A DNA stretch of 64,000 nt from Candidatus Foliamicus sp. Its GTDB lineage: Bacteria; Pseudomonadota; Gammaproteobacteria; Steroidobacterales; Foliamicaceae. The stretch lies in assembly GCA_965206955.1 (NCBI GenBank), contig OZ242252.1:3187394-3251393 (forward strand), given 5' to 3'. A program made the translations under genes and the position numbers. Below, piece after piece: positions 63,666-64,000 of the stretch. A model generated the notes under the pieces. It had not been told where the DNA came from. It did not search any database and saw nothing but the letters and a program-made list of their open reading frames with translations. Each line of letters begins with the position of its first letter. Within the stretch, counting starts at the first letter, position 1.

Positions 63666-64000
63666 TCAAAGAAGGCAGTAGCTGAGGTGTGTTCGGGCAG
63701 CGGCGCGGGATTCGGCGCAGCCTGGCAGCGCTTCAAAGGAAGCTTCTCCGGTCAATGTGGTTGTAATCGTTCGAAGTAGCAATTCCAGCTTGAAGTTATA
63801 TCCTGCGCTCCTCCACCGATCCAAATGAGACCTGAGCTCCTGACGAGCTTCTGGCCAGGACGCGCAGACCTTGGCTAAGGCCAGATCGCCCTTCGAGAGC
63901 TTAGTACCTCCACTGTTGACCCGATTAAAGATCTCGACCACGGCATCAATGGTCTTGTCTTCCCCACTCACCTGATCTATGTGCAGCTCGACCGATTTGA
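63666..64000 (-). CDS. DUF262-family (GmrSD/ParB-nuclease-like N-domain) protein, partial (N-terminus beyond window)
   Basis: IFNRVNSGGTKLSKGDLALAKV is the DUF262 signature block. The ORF is open to the window edge. Confidence 0.55.
   Translation of the reverse strand, partial: KSVELHIDQVSGEDKTIDAVVEIFNRVNSGGTKLSKGDLALAKVCASWPEARQELRSHLDRWRSAGYNFKLELLLRTITTTLTGEASFEALPGCAESRAAARTHLSYCLL

Overview
High-GC proteobacterial chromosome segment. Gene order (yhdP-tldD, leuS-lptE, holA-nadD-rsfS) looks gammaproteobacterial; that is inference only. All calls come from reading the supplied translations and the raw sequence, with no database search. Non-ORF coordinates are good to about +/-3 nt.

1-51.5 kb is mostly housekeeping and metabolism on the minus strand:
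- A partial giant secreted repeat protein whose N-terminus carries a clear SRCR domain. This ORF is missing from the supplied track because it runs off the window edge.
- vapBC and parDE toxin-antitoxin pairs.
- A biotin operon (bioB-bioF-prx-bioD-bioA).
- actP plus a DUF485 gene, and an aldehyde dehydrogenase.
- A TPP-riboswitch-controlled thiamine salvage operon: TonB receptor, YkoF-like binder, PnuT and a kinase.
- folC, pmbA/purE/tldD, yhdP, rsfS, nadD, holA, yidD, sufE, hisI, cysS, lptE and leuS.
- An acyl-CoA dehydrogenase pair with a ferredoxin.
- An MFS transporter, a substrate-binding protein (SBP) and a HAMP-only sensor.
- An FMN glutamate-synthase-like gene.

A GC-rich nested-palindrome REP-like family occupies at least 10 intergenic loci. 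Two of these are tandem arrays (75 bp x 8 and 72 bp x about 5) inside co-directional operons.

Several decayed genes are visible: a frameshifted VOC gene, a disrupted exonuclease-BRCT gene, a TonB-receptor tail and an IS3 remnant.

51.5-64 kb is a lower-GC island (judged by eye):
- A P4-type integrase N-terminal fragment cut by a complete IS21 element.
- A MacA-MacB-OMF efflux operon.
- A secreted Cys/Gly-rich protein paired with a small membrane protein.
- A Cre-like tyrosine recombinase with a consensus promoter and a lox-like 14-8-14 inverted repeat.
- Hypothetical genes and a partial DUF262 gene at the window edge.

No rRNA, tRNA or CRISPR array was found.
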